DNA of 64,000 nt from Candidatus Staskawiczbacteria bacterium (GCA_903845295.1 CAIMWV010000035.1:924-64923); one strand, 5' to 3'; positions 18,185-29,450 are shown, counted from the first letter of the stretch. Translations and numbers: made by a program. The notes: generated by a model from the letters alone, not told the origin.

Positions 18185-18370
18185 TTACCAAAATGAACTT
18201 AGCCGCCTGACTGGGGCCTGTTGGGGTGTTTCAATGGCGGGTGTATCTTCTTCGCCCTTCATCCTCCTTCTCATCCAAGGCGAAATATCGGGTGCTTTAT
18301 TCGCGTAAATATCAACGTGCGGTCCGTGTCTTTTCTCTTTCTTTTTTGATCTCGATGCTTTTCTGCTCAT
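18185..18370 (-). CDS. Small, highly basic 61-aa protein (hypothetical)
   Basis: Good SD (GAAAGGAGACTACG-ATG), flanked by terminators on both sides, K/R-rich. No family recognised. Confidence 0.45.
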   Translation of the reverse strand: MSRKASRSKKKEKRHGPHVDIYANKAPDISPWMRRRMKGEEDTPAIETPQQAPVRRLSSFW

Positions 18371-18451
18371 CGTAGTCTCCTTTCGCCTAGGAAAAACCGC
18401 TTAAAACATATTTTTATATAACATAATAATTGATTTGCTGCAAATATCAAT

Positions 18452-18478
18452 CAAAAACCGCCTTTCGGCGGTTTTTGA
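18452..18478 (-). terminator. Terminator (AACCGCC-TTTC-GGCGGTT with T-tract) after the surface protein gene
   Basis: 7-bp stem, UUCG-like loop, flanking A/T tracts. Confidence 0.65.
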
Positions 18479-18489
18479 TCGTTTGGATT

Positions 18490-20043
18490 TTATATTTTTC
18501 CTTTCAGCCAATCTGCGAAGACATAGACTTCACCTGAAAAGTAAAACCATAAGCCTGCGGCAATAATTAATAATGGCAGAAAGAATGAGTCTGTAAAAAA
18601 GTCATTGGTTAGTCCGGTTGATACGGTCGAAGCGCCGTATACTAAGGTTTTATTCACAACAACTGTAGCACTGCTGGTTTGTGTGCCTGCTTCAGTGCTG
18701 GTTACAGTTGCATTACTGGCTATAGTAGTGGCTCCGTAGCTGAAATTTCCCGCGGACGCCACTTGTACCTGATATGCCACCACAGTTGCCTGGCCGGCAT
18801 AAACTGTGCCGATATTTACTCCGGAGGTTATATCGCCGCCGTAGTTGGAATTTGTATTTACCATCAGATTCCCTCTATAGATAAGATCTGCGGGTAAAAT
18901 ATCCCTGACCGTCACGTTATGCACATCCTGGCCGTTAGCCTGCAAGGTTATGGCAAAAGTCAAAATGTCAGACGGACTGGCGCTAACCGATGAAGACCAA
19001 TTTAAGTTTCTTGAAGTAAGATTTATCACCTGTTTAGTTATTGTAAGGGAACCATTGCCATAATAATAGCCGTTTCCGGATCCCAAGGTGGTAAAAGTCA
19101 TGTCCTGGCCATAAACAGTTCCATAATTGCCTTGCGCAACCGCCCTGAAGTGGTATGTGGTACCAGAATTCAAATTTTCAATGTTTTGCATAAATGTCCC
19201 TGAATAACCTATAAACTGTTGGGACGTTGTATTGTTATAGTTAGATGTTGTCCCCCATTGGAAATAGACATAATTTGTTGCGGATGAATTAGCGCTGGAT
19301 AATGAGCCATTCAAGGTTACCTGAAAATTAGAAACGTACGTTGCATAATTTGTCTGAACATAGCTATTATTGCCGTTATTGTTTGAATTCATATAAACTA
19401 TCATGCTGTCCGAATTTGAACTTCCATAATTGTTGGTAACAGTAAGCGTGCAGGTATAAGTTATTTGATTATTATAATTGCTTACATATGGAGCCGTATA
19501 AACCGGCTGGGCAATATTATAACTTAATAATGTGCCGCCATTGCATGACCAGGAATAATTCAACGCATATCCGTTCGGATCATACCCGGAACCTTGCAAG
19601 GTTACAGTTTGTCCGGAGGTCAAATATAAATCCGGCCCGGCATTTGCTGTCAAAATATTGCCGTTTGACTGCCCTGTGACAAAAGTCATGTCCTGGCCGT
19701 AAACTGTTCCGTAGTTGTTTTGGGATACAGCTATAAAATGATAGGTTGTGTTTGGGGCCAATCCGGATATTGTTTGGCTGGACAACCCTGTGTAACTCTG
19801 CGTTGTGCCGGAAGTTTGATAGCCGTACGAGGTGCTGGTCCCCCACTGGAAATAAACTGTTGTGCTGCCATAACTGCCAAGGTACGTCACTGAAGCGTTA
19901 AGAGTGGCTGAATTATTTTGAATGTTTGTCGCGGAATTTGTCTGTATCTGGGGTGCAAATTGGGCTGAAACTCCCTCACCAAAAGAAAAACAAAGAACGG
20001 CAGTTACTCCGACCAAAAATATTAGTTTTGCTGTTTTTTTCAT
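18490..20043 (-). CDS. Large surface protein: signal peptide, two FN3/PKD-like repeats, DUF11-like domain, C-terminal TM anchor (paralog of 42281-44410)
   Basis: Repeated TTYHF(I/R)AV(S/A)QxNYGTVYGQDMTF blocks. DUF11-like LTITKQV...PSDILTFAITLQANGQDVHNVTVRD. C-terminal GASTVSTGLTNDFFTDSFFLPLLIIAAGLW hydrophobic anchor. Confidence 0.6.
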   Translation of the reverse strand: MKKTAKLIFLVGVTAVLCFSFGEGVSAQFAPQIQTNSATNIQNNSATLNASVTYLGSYGSTTVYFQWGTSTSYGYQTSGTTQSYTGLSSQTISGLAPNTTYHFIAVSQNNYGTVYGQDMTFVTGQSNGNILTANAGPDLYLTSGQTVTLQGSGYDPNGYALNYSWSCNGGTLLSYNIAQPVYTAPYVSNYNNQITYTCTLTVTNNYGSSNSDSMIVYMNSNNNGNNSYVQTNYATYVSNFQVTLNGSLSSANSSATNYVYFQWGTTSNYNNTTSQQFIGYSGTFMQNIENLNSGTTYHFRAVAQGNYGTVYGQDMTFTTLGSGNGYYYGNGSLTITKQVINLTSRNLNWSSSVSASPSDILTFAITLQANGQDVHNVTVRDILPADLIYRGNLMVNTNSNYGGDITSGVNIGTVYAGQATVVAYQVQVASAGNFSYGATTIASNATVTSTEAGTQTSSATVVVNKTLVYGASTVSTGLTNDFFTDSFFLPLLIIAAGLWFYFSGEVYVFADWLKGKI

Positions 20044-20136
20044 AGATTTTCAGGACTATATATCATAGTATATAGCGCATAGTCCTCACCTCCACACTCT
20101 AATCTTATTTAAATTTTTGTCAACATTTTTTATTTT

Positions 20137-22143
20137 TTAGCGCTTGAGGTTTGCAAGGAAAAAATCGGGCAGATTTCCTCTTACTATAATATTCGATGCT
20201 TTGATTGTACTCGATTGCTCGTTATAAATATTTTGGCATTCAGCAATTGGTAAAGATTTAGGTGCACCCTTCGGGTCGGTCAGAGATTCGCAGAAACCAT
20301 GCGTAAAAATGCCATCATCGTCTGCCTGATATACCAAATTTTGGGTTAAAATGGCGTCTATTCCTCCGGAAACAAGCTTAAAGTGCGTTTCAACCGGAGT
20401 CTTTGTATTTAATAAATCCTGCCCCAATATGGTTTTTGGCGCAACAATTCCTAAAAGATTTGTTATTGTCGGATATATGTCCAAATGGCTGCCGGGAATA
20501 TCGCTTATCCCTTTTAACTTTGTTCCGGGAGCTAGAATAATCATCGGCACTTGGCTGTTTGCCAATGCCGGCAAAACATTGCTTTGCCCCAAAGCCTGCG
20601 ATATATTCGTAAAACTTCCGTGGTCGCCCCAGATAAGTATCAATGAATTATTATACAAGCCATCTTTTTTCAACTCGCCGATAAATTCCCCGATTGCCTT
20701 ATCTGTATAGTGTATGCTTTGTAAATACCCTTGCTGCATCCAGTCAAGCTTTGAGTCGGTTGGAATTTTTAGTGTTTGTAAATCGTCAGGTAAAATAAAC
20801 GGGGTATGAGAACTCATTGTAATCAGGGTTGCCATAAACGGCTGTCTCGCACCCTTTATTTGAGAATTAGATAAAAGGCTGTTGAAACTCTCCAATCTTG
20901 GCAGTGATTGAGAAAATAAATCTTCATCTCCCAGATCAGAAGGTCCTTTACCGACAGATCTGGTCACAACATAATCGTCTAAATCATAAGCTTTATGATA
21001 TCCTAATCCGGGATAAATATTTGACCTGTTCCAGAAAGTCGGCACGTCTCCGTGCAGAGAATAAGTTTTATATCCGTTGTTTACAAGGAGTTGGGGCAAT
21101 GCCGTGTATGTATTTTTGGCGTAATCTATAAAAACCACATCGTCGGGCAAGGGATACAATGAATCCATTGTAGAAAATTCCGCATCAGCAGTATTGCCAG
21201 GGCCGACTTGCGTATAATAATTATCAAAATACAAACCGTCTTTGGATAACTGATTTAAATTTGGAGTAATTTCCTGCCCGCCCATTGTTTGGTTGATGAC
21301 AGCGTTTTCCAGCGATTCCACCTGGATAATTATAAGATTTTTCCCTTTTTCAACGCCAAAATATTTTTTAGCGCCTATAGGCTGCACCCTGCTTTCTGCA
21401 AATGCCTTTAAAAAATTTTCATCACTGGCTGAAATTAAATTGCTTCTTAAAATAGTTTTAAAAGTGTCTTCGAGGAAAAAATTCATAATGCCCATTTTGC
21501 CCACCAGTGATTTTAAATCGTACACATCGGTATAAAGCCTGCTCGTGCTCCCCCACTCTTTTTTTTCTGTATATAAAAGATATTTATATCCGAAAAATAC
21601 TATAGCTATCATCGCCGAGGCAATGATTATTTTTTCCCATTTTGGCAAAACAAATTCTGTAGGTGGTTTTTGAGCATTTTTTTTAAAGGAAAAAAGAAAT
21701 ACAAACAAGACTATTGCAAAATTACTGAAAAACAGCAGCAATTCAGGAGTAAGTAAGATTCTTATGGTGCCCGAAACGCTATCTGCTTCACCTATATATT
21801 TTATTGCGGAGAATTGCAAAAAACTCTGCGAATACCTGTAATATAAAAATTGCGCAGTAAAAATCAAAGATACTAAAAAAGAAACTAAAAAAAGATATAT
21901 ATATTTATATCTTTTTTTGAAAAGCAAAGCCGGGCCGTAAAAAACAATCCCCAGAGCAAAAGCAACCCAAAAAAGCCGTGCAAAATACGCTTTTGAATAA
22001 ATGTTGAGCCATTCATTAAACGCGAAGTTTTGTATTGTAAATAAAACTGCTAGCAGCAGCGGTAAAGATAAAACCTTTGTATAACCAACTATTCTTCCTT
22101 TGTATTTTTCAAAAGATGATTTTATAAATTCTATATATTGCAT
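20137..22143 (-). CDS. LTA synthase family protein / sulfatase-like phosphoglycerol transferase
   Basis: N-terminal multi-TM region followed by an alkaline-phosphatase-superfamily domain (SHTPF, WGDHGS motifs). Confidence 0.8.
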   Translation of the reverse strand: MQYIEFIKSSFEKYKGRIVGYTKVLSLPLLLAVLFTIQNFAFNEWLNIYSKAYFARLFWVAFALGIVFYGPALLFKKRYKYIYLFLVSFLVSLIFTAQFLYYRYSQSFLQFSAIKYIGEADSVSGTIRILLTPELLLFFSNFAIVLFVFLFSFKKNAQKPPTEFVLPKWEKIIIASAMIAIVFFGYKYLLYTEKKEWGSTSRLYTDVYDLKSLVGKMGIMNFFLEDTFKTILRSNLISASDENFLKAFAESRVQPIGAKKYFGVEKGKNLIIIQVESLENAVINQTMGGQEITPNLNQLSKDGLYFDNYYTQVGPGNTADAEFSTMDSLYPLPDDVVFIDYAKNTYTALPQLLVNNGYKTYSLHGDVPTFWNRSNIYPGLGYHKAYDLDDYVVTRSVGKGPSDLGDEDLFSQSLPRLESFNSLLSNSQIKGARQPFMATLITMSSHTPFILPDDLQTLKIPTDSKLDWMQQGYLQSIHYTDKAIGEFIGELKKDGLYNNSLILIWGDHGSFTNISQALGQSNVLPALANSQVPMIILAPGTKLKGISDIPGSHLDIYPTITNLLGIVAPKTILGQDLLNTKTPVETHFKLVSGGIDAILTQNLVYQADDDGIFTHGFCESLTDPKGAPKSLPIAECQNIYNEQSSTIKASNIIVRGNLPDFFLANLKR

Positions 22144-22591
22144 TTTCGCCGTTTTTATAATAAGCCTGAAGAAATTCTTCTTTAATAATTTTAGCGTCCA
22201 TTTTTGCCAAATCTTCTTCGTGCTTTTTAAAAAGCTTCTGCGAAGCTTCTCTCAGGTGCATGCTTAATAATGCGGGTTTCCCTTGCTTTTTGGCTTTATT
22301 TTGCATTTTTTTTATGAGCTTCTGAGCCATTTTCCAACCTATGCCTTGCCTCTGGGCTTCCGGCATAACTGCTATATCCTCTAAATATACAGTGGAATCT
22401 TCCTTGTCAACAGCTATTAAATATGCAATACCGGGAATAATAATCGAATATTCTAAGCCGTTTCCTTTTTTAATGTCTTCCAAAAGAGCCTGTCCCTGCC
22501 GAAGTGCTTTAGGATAAATCCTTTTTTCCATTTCCAATATTTCAAGAAAATCCTTTTCCGATAAAGATTTTATTTCAAACTTTTCCGCCAT
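22109..22591 (-). CDS. GNAT-family N-acetyltransferase
   Basis: Motif A region YLEDIAVMPEAQRQGIGWKMAQKLI. Confidence 0.75.
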   Translation of the reverse strand: MAEKFEIKSLSEKDFLEILEMEKRIYPKALRQGQALLEDIKKGNGLEYSIIIPGIAYLIAVDKEDSTVYLEDIAVMPEAQRQGIGWKMAQKLIKKMQNKAKKQGKPALLSMHLREASQKLFKKHEEDLAKMDAKIIKEEFLQAYYKNGENAIYRIYKIIF

Positions 22592-22611
22592 AATTTTTTT
22601 ATCACAGATAA

Positions 22612-23304
22612 TTAAATTGAAATAGAAAGTTTGCGCGTTTCTCCGGGCTTAAGGCTTCCTATTTTAATATCGCCTATGCGTACACGCTTTAGAGAAGAAA
22701 TTGTGTAGTTAAGTTCATTAAGCATAATCCTGATCTGGTGGCGCTTTCCCTCGTTTAGGATTATCTGGATTTTTGAATTATTTATGATTCTTGCTTTTGC
22801 CGGGAGCAGTTTGCCGAGAGCCTGTGTTTCCATGCCTGCCTGAAAAATTTTCACAATTCCTGGACGCAAAGGTTCTTTTACCGTAACCAGATATTCTTTT
22901 TCATATTTTTTGCTGTCAGATAAAACTTCTCTCGCAAAACGGCCGTCATTTGTCAGCAACAGCAAACCTTCAGAACTTTTATCCAACCTTCCGATTGGAT
23001 AAAGCCCTTTCTCCTTCCATTCAGTAATTACGCTTTGTTTCCCGGGTAAATCCTGTGTAGGCAGGTTTCTCGGCTTATAGTAAGCTAAATATTGATATTC
23101 TTTTGTTTTTCCCTTTACCAAAACTTTATCCTTTTCATTTACCATTGCTCCATTGTCAATGCGTTTTCCGTTAACAAAAACAAGCCCGCTTTCAACGAGC
23201 TTATCGGCTTCCCTTCTTGAAGCCAAACCCTTATCTCTCAAATATTTGTTAATCCTTATAGGATAATCCATTTTAGTAATTCGGCGCCTTCTTAACCTGG
23301 TCAA
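22612..23304 (-). CDS. Pseudouridine synthase (RsuA/RluB family) with an S4 domain
   Basis: S4-like N-terminus (RINKYLRDKGLASRREADKLVESGLVFVNG) and catalytic GRLDKSSEGLLLLTNDG. Confidence 0.85.
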   Translation of the reverse strand: MTRLRRRRITKMDYPIRINKYLRDKGLASRREADKLVESGLVFVNGKRIDNGAMVNEKDKVLVKGKTKEYQYLAYYKPRNLPTQDLPGKQSVITEWKEKGLYPIGRLDKSSEGLLLLTNDGRFAREVLSDSKKYEKEYLVTVKEPLRPGIVKIFQAGMETQALGKLLPAKARIINNSKIQIILNEGKRHQIRIMLNELNYTISSLKRVRIGDIKIGSLKPGETRKLSISI

Positions 23305-24820
23305 GGCCGTGAGGATGGGATTCTTTCAAGCCGGCGAGGGTAATCCTGCGGAAATCAGCAGTTTTTTGCAAGTCGGCTATATTTTTTGCTCCGCAATATC
23401 CCATTCCACTCCTTAATCCTCCCAATAGTTGGTGAACAATGTTTGAAACGTCTCCTTTAAAATCTATTTCGCTTTCAATGCCTTCCGGAATCAGTTTGTC
23501 CTCAGGGCTTGAAGCTTGGCCGTAACGCTCCCTGGAGGCTTTATTATCCCTCATCGCTCCTAAGGATCCCATACCCCTGTAAACCTTTACCTGTTTTTTA
23601 TCCTGGCGGAAAATCACTTCTCCGGGAGATTCTGTAGTTCCGGCCAGAAGCTTGCCCAGCATAACTGTATTTGCGCCGGCTGCCAGAGCAATTGTGATGT
23701 CGCCGGAATATTCAATTCCGCCATCAGCGCAGACAGGCACGCCCGAACCCCTCAAGGCCTTAGAACAGTTGTAAACCGCTGTAACCTGCGGACAGCCTAC
23801 TCCGGCAATGATTCTCGTGGTACAGATAGAACCTGGTCCTTGGCCGACTTTTATGCCGTCTGCTCCGGCCTCTGTTAAGCGTTTGGCTGATTCTGGCTCT
23901 GAAATGTTTCCGGCTACAACATCTATATTAGGATGGTGTCTCTTGCAATGTTTAACCATATCTATAACCCCGGCTGAATCGCCGTGGGCCGTGTCAATTA
24001 CCACAACATCTGTTTTTGCATTTGCTAAAAGCTCCATTCTTTGCTTTGCTTGCTCTCCCACACCTATAGCTGCCCCAACCCGCAGCGTCCCGTCCGGCGC
24101 CAAATTATAATCGGGAGAAAGGCCCGCAACAATACGTTTAACATCGGCCAGTGTAAAGATGCCTGTCAGTTTTTTTTGCCGATTGAATACCGGCAGAATC
24201 TTTATCCGGTTGGTCATCATAGTTTTATATGCCGCTGATATGTCCGTTCCAATCGGGGCGCTGATCATTTTTTTTGCCATTATGTCAGATATTTTTTTGG
24301 TTCCATCCATACAGAATTTAAAATCGCTGCTTGAAACAATACCGACAACATTGTCTGAATTATCAAGAACGGGAAAGCTTAAAAATGTATATTTTTTCAT
24401 CTTCACAAACTCCAAAACTTCTTTTACTGTTTGGCTGGCATGTATGCAAATGGGATCGGGAATAAAAGCGTTTAACTTGTGCTTTACCTTCCGCACAGCT
24501 GAAGCTTGATTTTCGGGCGACAAATTTTTATGGATAATCCCCAATCCGCCAAGCTGGGCCATAGCAATGGCCATTTCGGCCTCTGTAACCGTGTCCATCG
24601 GGGCTGATATAATCGGCATATTTAAGCTGACGTTCCGGGAAAACTGTGCGGCAAGATCAGCATCTTTTGGAAGGATTGAGGAGTAATTGGTTTTCAGCCG
24701 GACATCGTTGTAACCTAAAGCCAATCCGGATTCCGCCATTTTATCAAAAAATCCGTAACAATTTCTTTGTGTGTCTTTAACCTTTCTTTTGGGGTTTTCT
24801 TTTTGTGGCAATTGTGGCAT
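23273..24820 (-). CDS. guaB: IMP dehydrogenase (true start probably internal, near MAESGL)
   Basis: IMPDH catalytic loop [14 protein letters not shown] pair, GGxGxxxD motifs. Confidence 0.9.
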   Translation of the reverse strand: MPQLPQKENPKRKVKDTQRNCYGFFDKMAESGLALGYNDVRLKTNYSSILPKDADLAAQFSRNVSLNMPIISAPMDTVTEAEMAIAMAQLGGLGIIHKNLSPENQASAVRKVKHKLNAFIPDPICIHASQTVKEVLEFVKMKKYTFLSFPVLDNSDNVVGIVSSSDFKFCMDGTKKISDIMAKKMISAPIGTDISAAYKTMMTNRIKILPVFNRQKKLTGIFTLADVKRIVAGLSPDYNLAPDGTLRVGAAIGVGEQAKQRMELLANAKTDVVVIDTAHGDSAGVIDMVKHCKRHHPNIDVVAGNISEPESAKRLTEAGADGIKVGQGPGSICTTRIIAGVGCPQVTAVYNCSKALRGSGVPVCADGGIEYSGDITIALAAGANTVMLGKLLAGTTESPGEVIFRQDKKQVKVYRGMGSLGAMRDNKASRERYGQASSPEDKLIPEGIESEIDFKGDVSNIVHQLLGGLRSGMGYCGAKNIADLQKTADFRRITLAGLKESHPHGLDQVKKAPNY

Positions 24821-24911
24821 ATAATTAATTACCTAAATATATCAAAAAAGGCCTTTTCAGGCAACATCTGGCTGTTTTTTATATAGATTGTTAAAAATTT
24901 GTTAAAGATGC

Positions 24912-25046
24912 ATAACCCCGTTAGAAGTTTGCCCCCGCAAAATTATTATTTTGTATTCCAGGATTTTAATAGCAATCTATGGCGACAAAAGTTTAGAAAA
25001 ACTTTTGTCGCGTCGGCATTTGATTATAAACTTCTAACGGGGTATA
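24912..25046. repeat. Inverted-repeat element E2: 16-bp perfect arms ACCCCGTTAGAAGTTT / AAACTTCTAACGGGGT enclosing about 100 bp, including a perfect 13-bp inner hairpin (GCGACAAAAGTTT / AAACTTTTGTCGC at 24961-24992). It sits in the divergent guaB / pgi intergenic region.
   Basis: Perfect terminal inverted repeats. Core CCCGTTAGA shared with E1 and E3. Confidence 0.55.
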
Positions 25047-25208
25047 ATATTAAAATACAATTGATAAGTAAATTAAATAAATTATAGAAATTACTTCTTA
25101 ATTTATATAATTAATCGTTCGGTCGGATAACAATATTTTAGCTCGCACGAATAAAATAAATTTTATTCGCGTCTCGCTCAATATTCTTCTCCTCCCTCCC
25201 TCATATTT

Positions 25209-26195
25209 ATGGAAATTGAAATGGAAAAAGCGATTAAAGGTTTTCCTGAACAGCTAAAATTCAAGCCAATAATTAAAAACAAAGAAAATCTGGCTAAGGC
25301 AGAAAGGTTTATAGTATCCGGAATGGGAGGCTCTCACCTTGCGGCTGATCTGATAAAAACCTGGAATCCGGCTTTTGATTTAATTGTCCACCATAATTAC
25401 GGATTGCCGGAAGTGCCCGATTTGGAGAATTATCTGATAATTTTCAGTTCTTATTCCGGCAACACAGAAGAAGTAATAGACGGTTTTAATATGGCAATTG
25501 AAAAGAAACTTCCTGTTGCCTGTATTTCTATCGGAGGGAAATTACTGGAATTGGCTGAAAAATATAAAAAGCCTTACATCCAAATGCCCGATACGGGCAT
25601 ACAACCCCGATCAGCTTTAGGATTTAATCTGGTTTCATTATTAAAATTGCTCGGAGAGGATAAAGCTCTTTCAGATATCGCAAAAGCCGCCGATTCAATT
25701 GACATGGAAAAATTAAGGCAGGATGGCGAGTCTTTAGCTAAAAGGCTTAATAATTTTATTCCTATAATTTATGCTTCCGGCATAAACGAGCCCGTTGTTT
25801 ACAATTGGAAAATAAGATTCAATGAAACCGGAAAAATTCCTGCTTTTTGCAACACTATTCCAGAACTTTGCCATAATGAAATGGTGGGATTTGACGGCGG
25901 AGATAAAACAAAGGATCTTTTAAAGCATTTCTATTTTATATTTTTGAAAGACAAGGCAGACCATCCGCGTAATTCTCTCAGAATGGACATCTTGAAAGAT
26001 ATTTTCAAGGAAAAAGGGTTCCCCGTAGAAATTCAAGAACTTGAGGGAAAAAATATATGGGAAAAAGTATTTTCATCATTATCGCTGGCTGACTGGGCAT
26101 CTTATTTTACTTCGCAACGATATGACTTAGAATCTGAGGCGGTAAAAATTGTAACCAAATTTAAAGAGTTAATAAAGGAAAGAGGCGGTAAATAA
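25209..26195 (+). CDS. Bifunctional phosphoglucose/phosphomannose isomerase (SIS-domain, archaeal-type PGI/PMI)
   Basis: SIS motif FIVSGMGGSHLAADL and a C-terminal PGI/PMI-like domain. Confidence 0.7.
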   Translation: MEIEMEKAIKGFPEQLKFKPIIKNKENLAKAERFIVSGMGGSHLAADLIKTWNPAFDLIVHHNYGLPEVPDLENYLIIFSSYSGNTEEVIDGFNMAIEKKLPVACISIGGKLLELAEKYKKPYIQMPDTGIQPRSALGFNLVSLLKLLGEDKALSDIAKAADSIDMEKLRQDGESLAKRLNNFIPIIYASGINEPVVYNWKIRFNETGKIPAFCNTIPELCHNEMVGFDGGDKTKDLLKHFYFIFLKDKADHPRNSLRMDILKDIFKEKGFPVEIQELEGKNIWEKVFSSLSLADWASYFTSQRYDLESEAVKIVTKFKELIKERGGK

Positions 26196-26206
26196 TATAA
26201 GCGACC

Positions 26207-26788
26207 ATGAAAAAAACAGCATTAGTAATTGTTGCCCACCCCGACGATGAAACAATATGGATGGGCGGAATGATCCTTAATTCCAAAGATATAGATTGGA
26301 CTATTTTTTGCCTTTGCAGAGGAAACGACCCTGTAAGGGGTCCTCGTTTTAAAAAAGCATGCGAATATTACGGCGTGCGCAGCCTGATGTCTGATTTGGA
26401 AGATGAGGGGATATTAAATATTGAAAAAAGCCTGCCGGAAATTAAAAAAAGGGTTATAGATAATTTCGCCAATAAAAAATTCACATATATTTTTACCCAT
26501 GGCTATAACGGAGAATACGGCCACGAACGCCATTTAGCAGTCCACCTCGCGGTAAAAGAATTGGTAAAAGAAAAAGTATTAATTTGCGAGAAACTTTACT
26601 TTTTCTCTTATCAGTTAGAACAAACAGACATTAGCAATTCCCTGCCCTCTGATATTGTCGTGGAATTAGATGAGCAGATATTGGCAAAAAAAAGGAACGT
26701 CCTTGAAAAAATATATGATTTGGGCGGAGATTACTTTGAAAAAAACAAGTTTTTACGCGAAGAGACATTTAATTTGTCGGACGTTTGA
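26207..26788 (+). CDS. PIG-L/LmbE-family N-acetylglucosaminyl deacetylase
   Basis: AHPDDE motif (VIVAHPDDETIWMGG) and HxxH region. Confidence 0.8.
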   Translation: MKKTALVIVAHPDDETIWMGGMILNSKDIDWTIFCLCRGNDPVRGPRFKKACEYYGVRSLMSDLEDEGILNIEKSLPEIKKRVIDNFANKKFTYIFTHGYNGEYGHERHLAVHLAVKELVKEKVLICEKLYFFSYQLEQTDISNSLPSDIVVELDEQILAKKRNVLEKIYDLGGDYFEKNKFLREETFNLSDV

Positions 26789-26860
26789 GTGTTCAGGCAT
26801 TTTTATAAAAGAATCCCAGCCTTTTGGCTGGGATTCTTTGTTTATACGGCCAACTGAATC

Positions 26861-28102
26861 CTAGTTTTCCGTCTTGGATTCTTGGTTTACACGGGCGGCT
26901 ATTTTTTCTAAAGATTTGAATAGGAGCCTGAACTGACGTTCAGTGGAAAATCTTACCCTGACCGTTTTCAACGCATTTTTAACGAATTTTTTCCTATTTT
27001 CCTCGTCATAGAGAAGATTCTCAATTTTTTGCATCAATAAACTGGAGTTATCCGGCTCGATCAAAAAACCGTCTTGGTTGTCTGTGATTATTTCGGGAAC
27101 GCCGCCTAAATTTGTGCCTATCACGGGCGTTCCGCAAGCCATAGCCTCGAGGTAAACCTGGCCAAAAGTCTCGCTTTCCGAAGCAAGGACAAATACGTCG
27201 GCTCCATTATAAACACAGGGCATTTCATCAAGACTAAATTCTTTGCAAATAACCCTTCCTGTTAAATTATTCAGCTGTATATAGCCGTTTAATTTATCCA
27301 TCGCCTGGCGGTATTCTTCCCTGAATGTTTTAGGCGCCTTAGCTATTGCGATAAGAAGCACCAAGTCTTCATTTTTGGGGGCCAACTGGGAAAAAGCCTC
27401 CAAAAGGGTAATTATCCCTTTCTCTTTTAAAATATCTTTTTTGCCGTCTGTGATACGGGAAGCGTGCAATATAACCTTTGAATTCTTGGAAAGCTTCAGC
27501 TTGTTTGCCAACTGGCAGTTGTTAGCATCCGGCCTGAATTCCTTTGTATTCACCCCTAAATAGTGTGTTTCAAGCTTATTTATATTAACCTTTTTGTCAA
27601 AAAAATCTCCTGCGACGCTTTTACTGACGCAAAAAATCCTTTCCCAGAATAAACCATTAACGATAGACTCCTGCATTTTCGTCACGGCAAAAGAATGCGC
27701 CCTTAAAACCAACGGTATATTTTTTGTAAAGCACACCATATTCAAAATCAAGCTATAATTAGTAGGCAAGTCTGCATAAAAATTCTCGGCAACAACAATA
27801 TCTATTTTTTGTTCATTTAATAAATTTTCAAGAAAAAGAAAGAATTTTTTTGATTTTTCTTTTAATTCGCTATCCGGTATTTGCTTTTTATCAGATATCC
27901 TCTTATAACTTAGCTCTAAAAAATTACTTTTGTAAATTGAGACATTGCCTATCGTATCCAAACTGTCTTCCTTATTTGTGGGCACCAAAAAAACCGCTTC
28001 AATATTTTTTTGGCAGCAATAATCAATTAAATTTTTCACATAACGTTCCACTCCGCCAAGGCTTAGTTCAGAATAATCTGGACTTATAATAAGAGTTTTC
28101 AT
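26861..28102 (-). CDS. Glycosyltransferase family 4 (GT-B fold)
   Basis: E-x7-E region ETFGQVYLEAMACGTPVIGTNLGGVPEII. Confidence 0.8.
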   Translation of the reverse strand: MKTLIISPDYSELSLGGVERYVKNLIDYCCQKNIEAVFLVPTNKEDSLDTIGNVSIYKSNFLELSYKRISDKKQIPDSELKEKSKKFFLFLENLLNEQKIDIVVAENFYADLPTNYSLILNMVCFTKNIPLVLRAHSFAVTKMQESIVNGLFWERIFCVSKSVAGDFFDKKVNINKLETHYLGVNTKEFRPDANNCQLANKLKLSKNSKVILHASRITDGKKDILKEKGIITLLEAFSQLAPKNEDLVLLIAIAKAPKTFREEYRQAMDKLNGYIQLNNLTGRVICKEFSLDEMPCVYNGADVFVLASESETFGQVYLEAMACGTPVIGTNLGGVPEIITDNQDGFLIEPDNSSLLMQKIENLLYDEENRKKFVKNALKTVRVRFSTERQFRLLFKSLEKIAARVNQESKTEN

Positions 28103-28273
28103 GGTGTTTTAAAACTACCTTAATACTCCCTAATACTGTACATAATAGCACGAAATTGCCCAAAAGAACAGTCAATAGCTGCTCTGTCAAACCGAGCACA
28201 TTTAACGCCATCTGCCGGCTTAATTTAAGCCCGTAAACAAAAGTCTAGATATTATTGCTATTTTTAACGGCGA

Positions 28274-29440
28274 TTGATAGTATTAAATAATAAAGTTTTA
28301 AAATTTATGGCAAATAATTCTGAAAACTGGATTCAAAAAATATTGGAGCCTGCCGGCATTAAAATAAATGGGAAAAATCCATGGGATATAAGAATAGCCA
28401 ATCCAGATTTTTACAACCGCGTAAAAGCACAGGGGTCTTTGGGCCTGGGAGAATCATATATGGATGGCTGGTGGGAATGCGACAAATTGGATGATTTTTT
28501 TTACAGAATTTTATCCAGCGATATCACCAGCCGGATCGGCCTATCTCTGCCTGTTTTGCTGGATTTTATACGGGCCAAATTTTTTAATCTTCAGGCAATC
28601 GGACGGGCATTTCAGATTGGAGAACGGCATTATGACATTGATAATAATCTTTTCAGGTCAATGCTTGGAAAAACTATGGCTTACAGCTGCGGCTATTGGA
28701 AAAACGCCAGGAATCTGGACGAAGCTCAGGAATCAAAGCTAGATTTAATCTGTAAAAAATTAAATCTGAAAAAAGGCGACCATGTTCTGGACATCGGGTG
28801 CGGCTGGGGAAGTTTTGCTTATCATGCGGCAAAAAATTATGGGGTTGAAGTGCTTGGAATCACCGTCTCAAGAGAACAAATTAAAATGGCAGAAAAAATA
28901 TGCAAAGGCCTGCCGGTAGAATTCAGGCTGCAGGATTACCGAGAATTAAATAAACCTTCAATACAAAGGAAATTCAGCCACATTGTTTCAATCGGGATGT
29001 TTGAGCATGTCGGACCGAAAAATTATAAAACATTTTTTGAAATAGCAAAAAATTGCCTGAAAAAAGACGGGCTTTTTTTGCTTCACACAATCGGAAGCCA
29101 AAAAACCAGCGCTGGTACAGACCCGTGGGTAAACAAATATATATTTCCAAACGGCAAGCTCCCCTCTTTAAAACAAATTGCCTCAGACGTTGAAAATTTG
29201 TTTATGATAGAAGATGTCCATAATTTTGGCGCCGACTACAATAAAACTTTAATGTCTTGGCATGAAAACTTTGAGAAAGCCTGGCCGAAATTAAAAAGTA
29301 AATATGACCAACGGTTTTACCGGATGTGGAATTATTATCTTTTGTCTTACGCCGGAGCTTTCCGGGCGAGAGATCTCCAGTTATGGCAGATTGTTTTATC
29401 TCCGCATGGATTTCCCGGAGGGTACAAATCAATAAGGTAA
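28274..29440 (+). CDS. cfa: Cyclopropane-fatty-acyl-phospholipid synthase family SAM-dependent methyltransferase
   Basis: SAM-binding motif VLDIGCGWGSFAYHAA and a CMAS-family C-terminus. Confidence 0.8.
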   Translation: MIVLNNKVLKFMANNSENWIQKILEPAGIKINGKNPWDIRIANPDFYNRVKAQGSLGLGESYMDGWWECDKLDDFFYRILSSDITSRIGLSLPVLLDFIRAKFFNLQAIGRAFQIGERHYDIDNNLFRSMLGKTMAYSCGYWKNARNLDEAQESKLDLICKKLNLKKGDHVLDIGCGWGSFAYHAAKNYGVEVLGITVSREQIKMAEKICKGLPVEFRLQDYRELNKPSIQRKFSHIVSIGMFEHVGPKNYKTFFEIAKNCLKKDGLFLLHTIGSQKTSAGTDPWVNKYIFPNGKLPSLKQIASDVENLFMIEDVHNFGADYNKTLMSWHENFEKAWPKLKSKYDQRFYRMWNYYLLSYAGAFRARDLQLWQIVLSPHGFPGGYKSIR

Positions 29441-29450
29441 ATTTTATACA

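Noticed and set aside
24899-25087. 62-aa ORF inside inverted-repeat element E2
   Set aside because: It spans both terminal inverted repeats and the inner hairpin and has no RBS. It is more likely non-coding repeat DNA.
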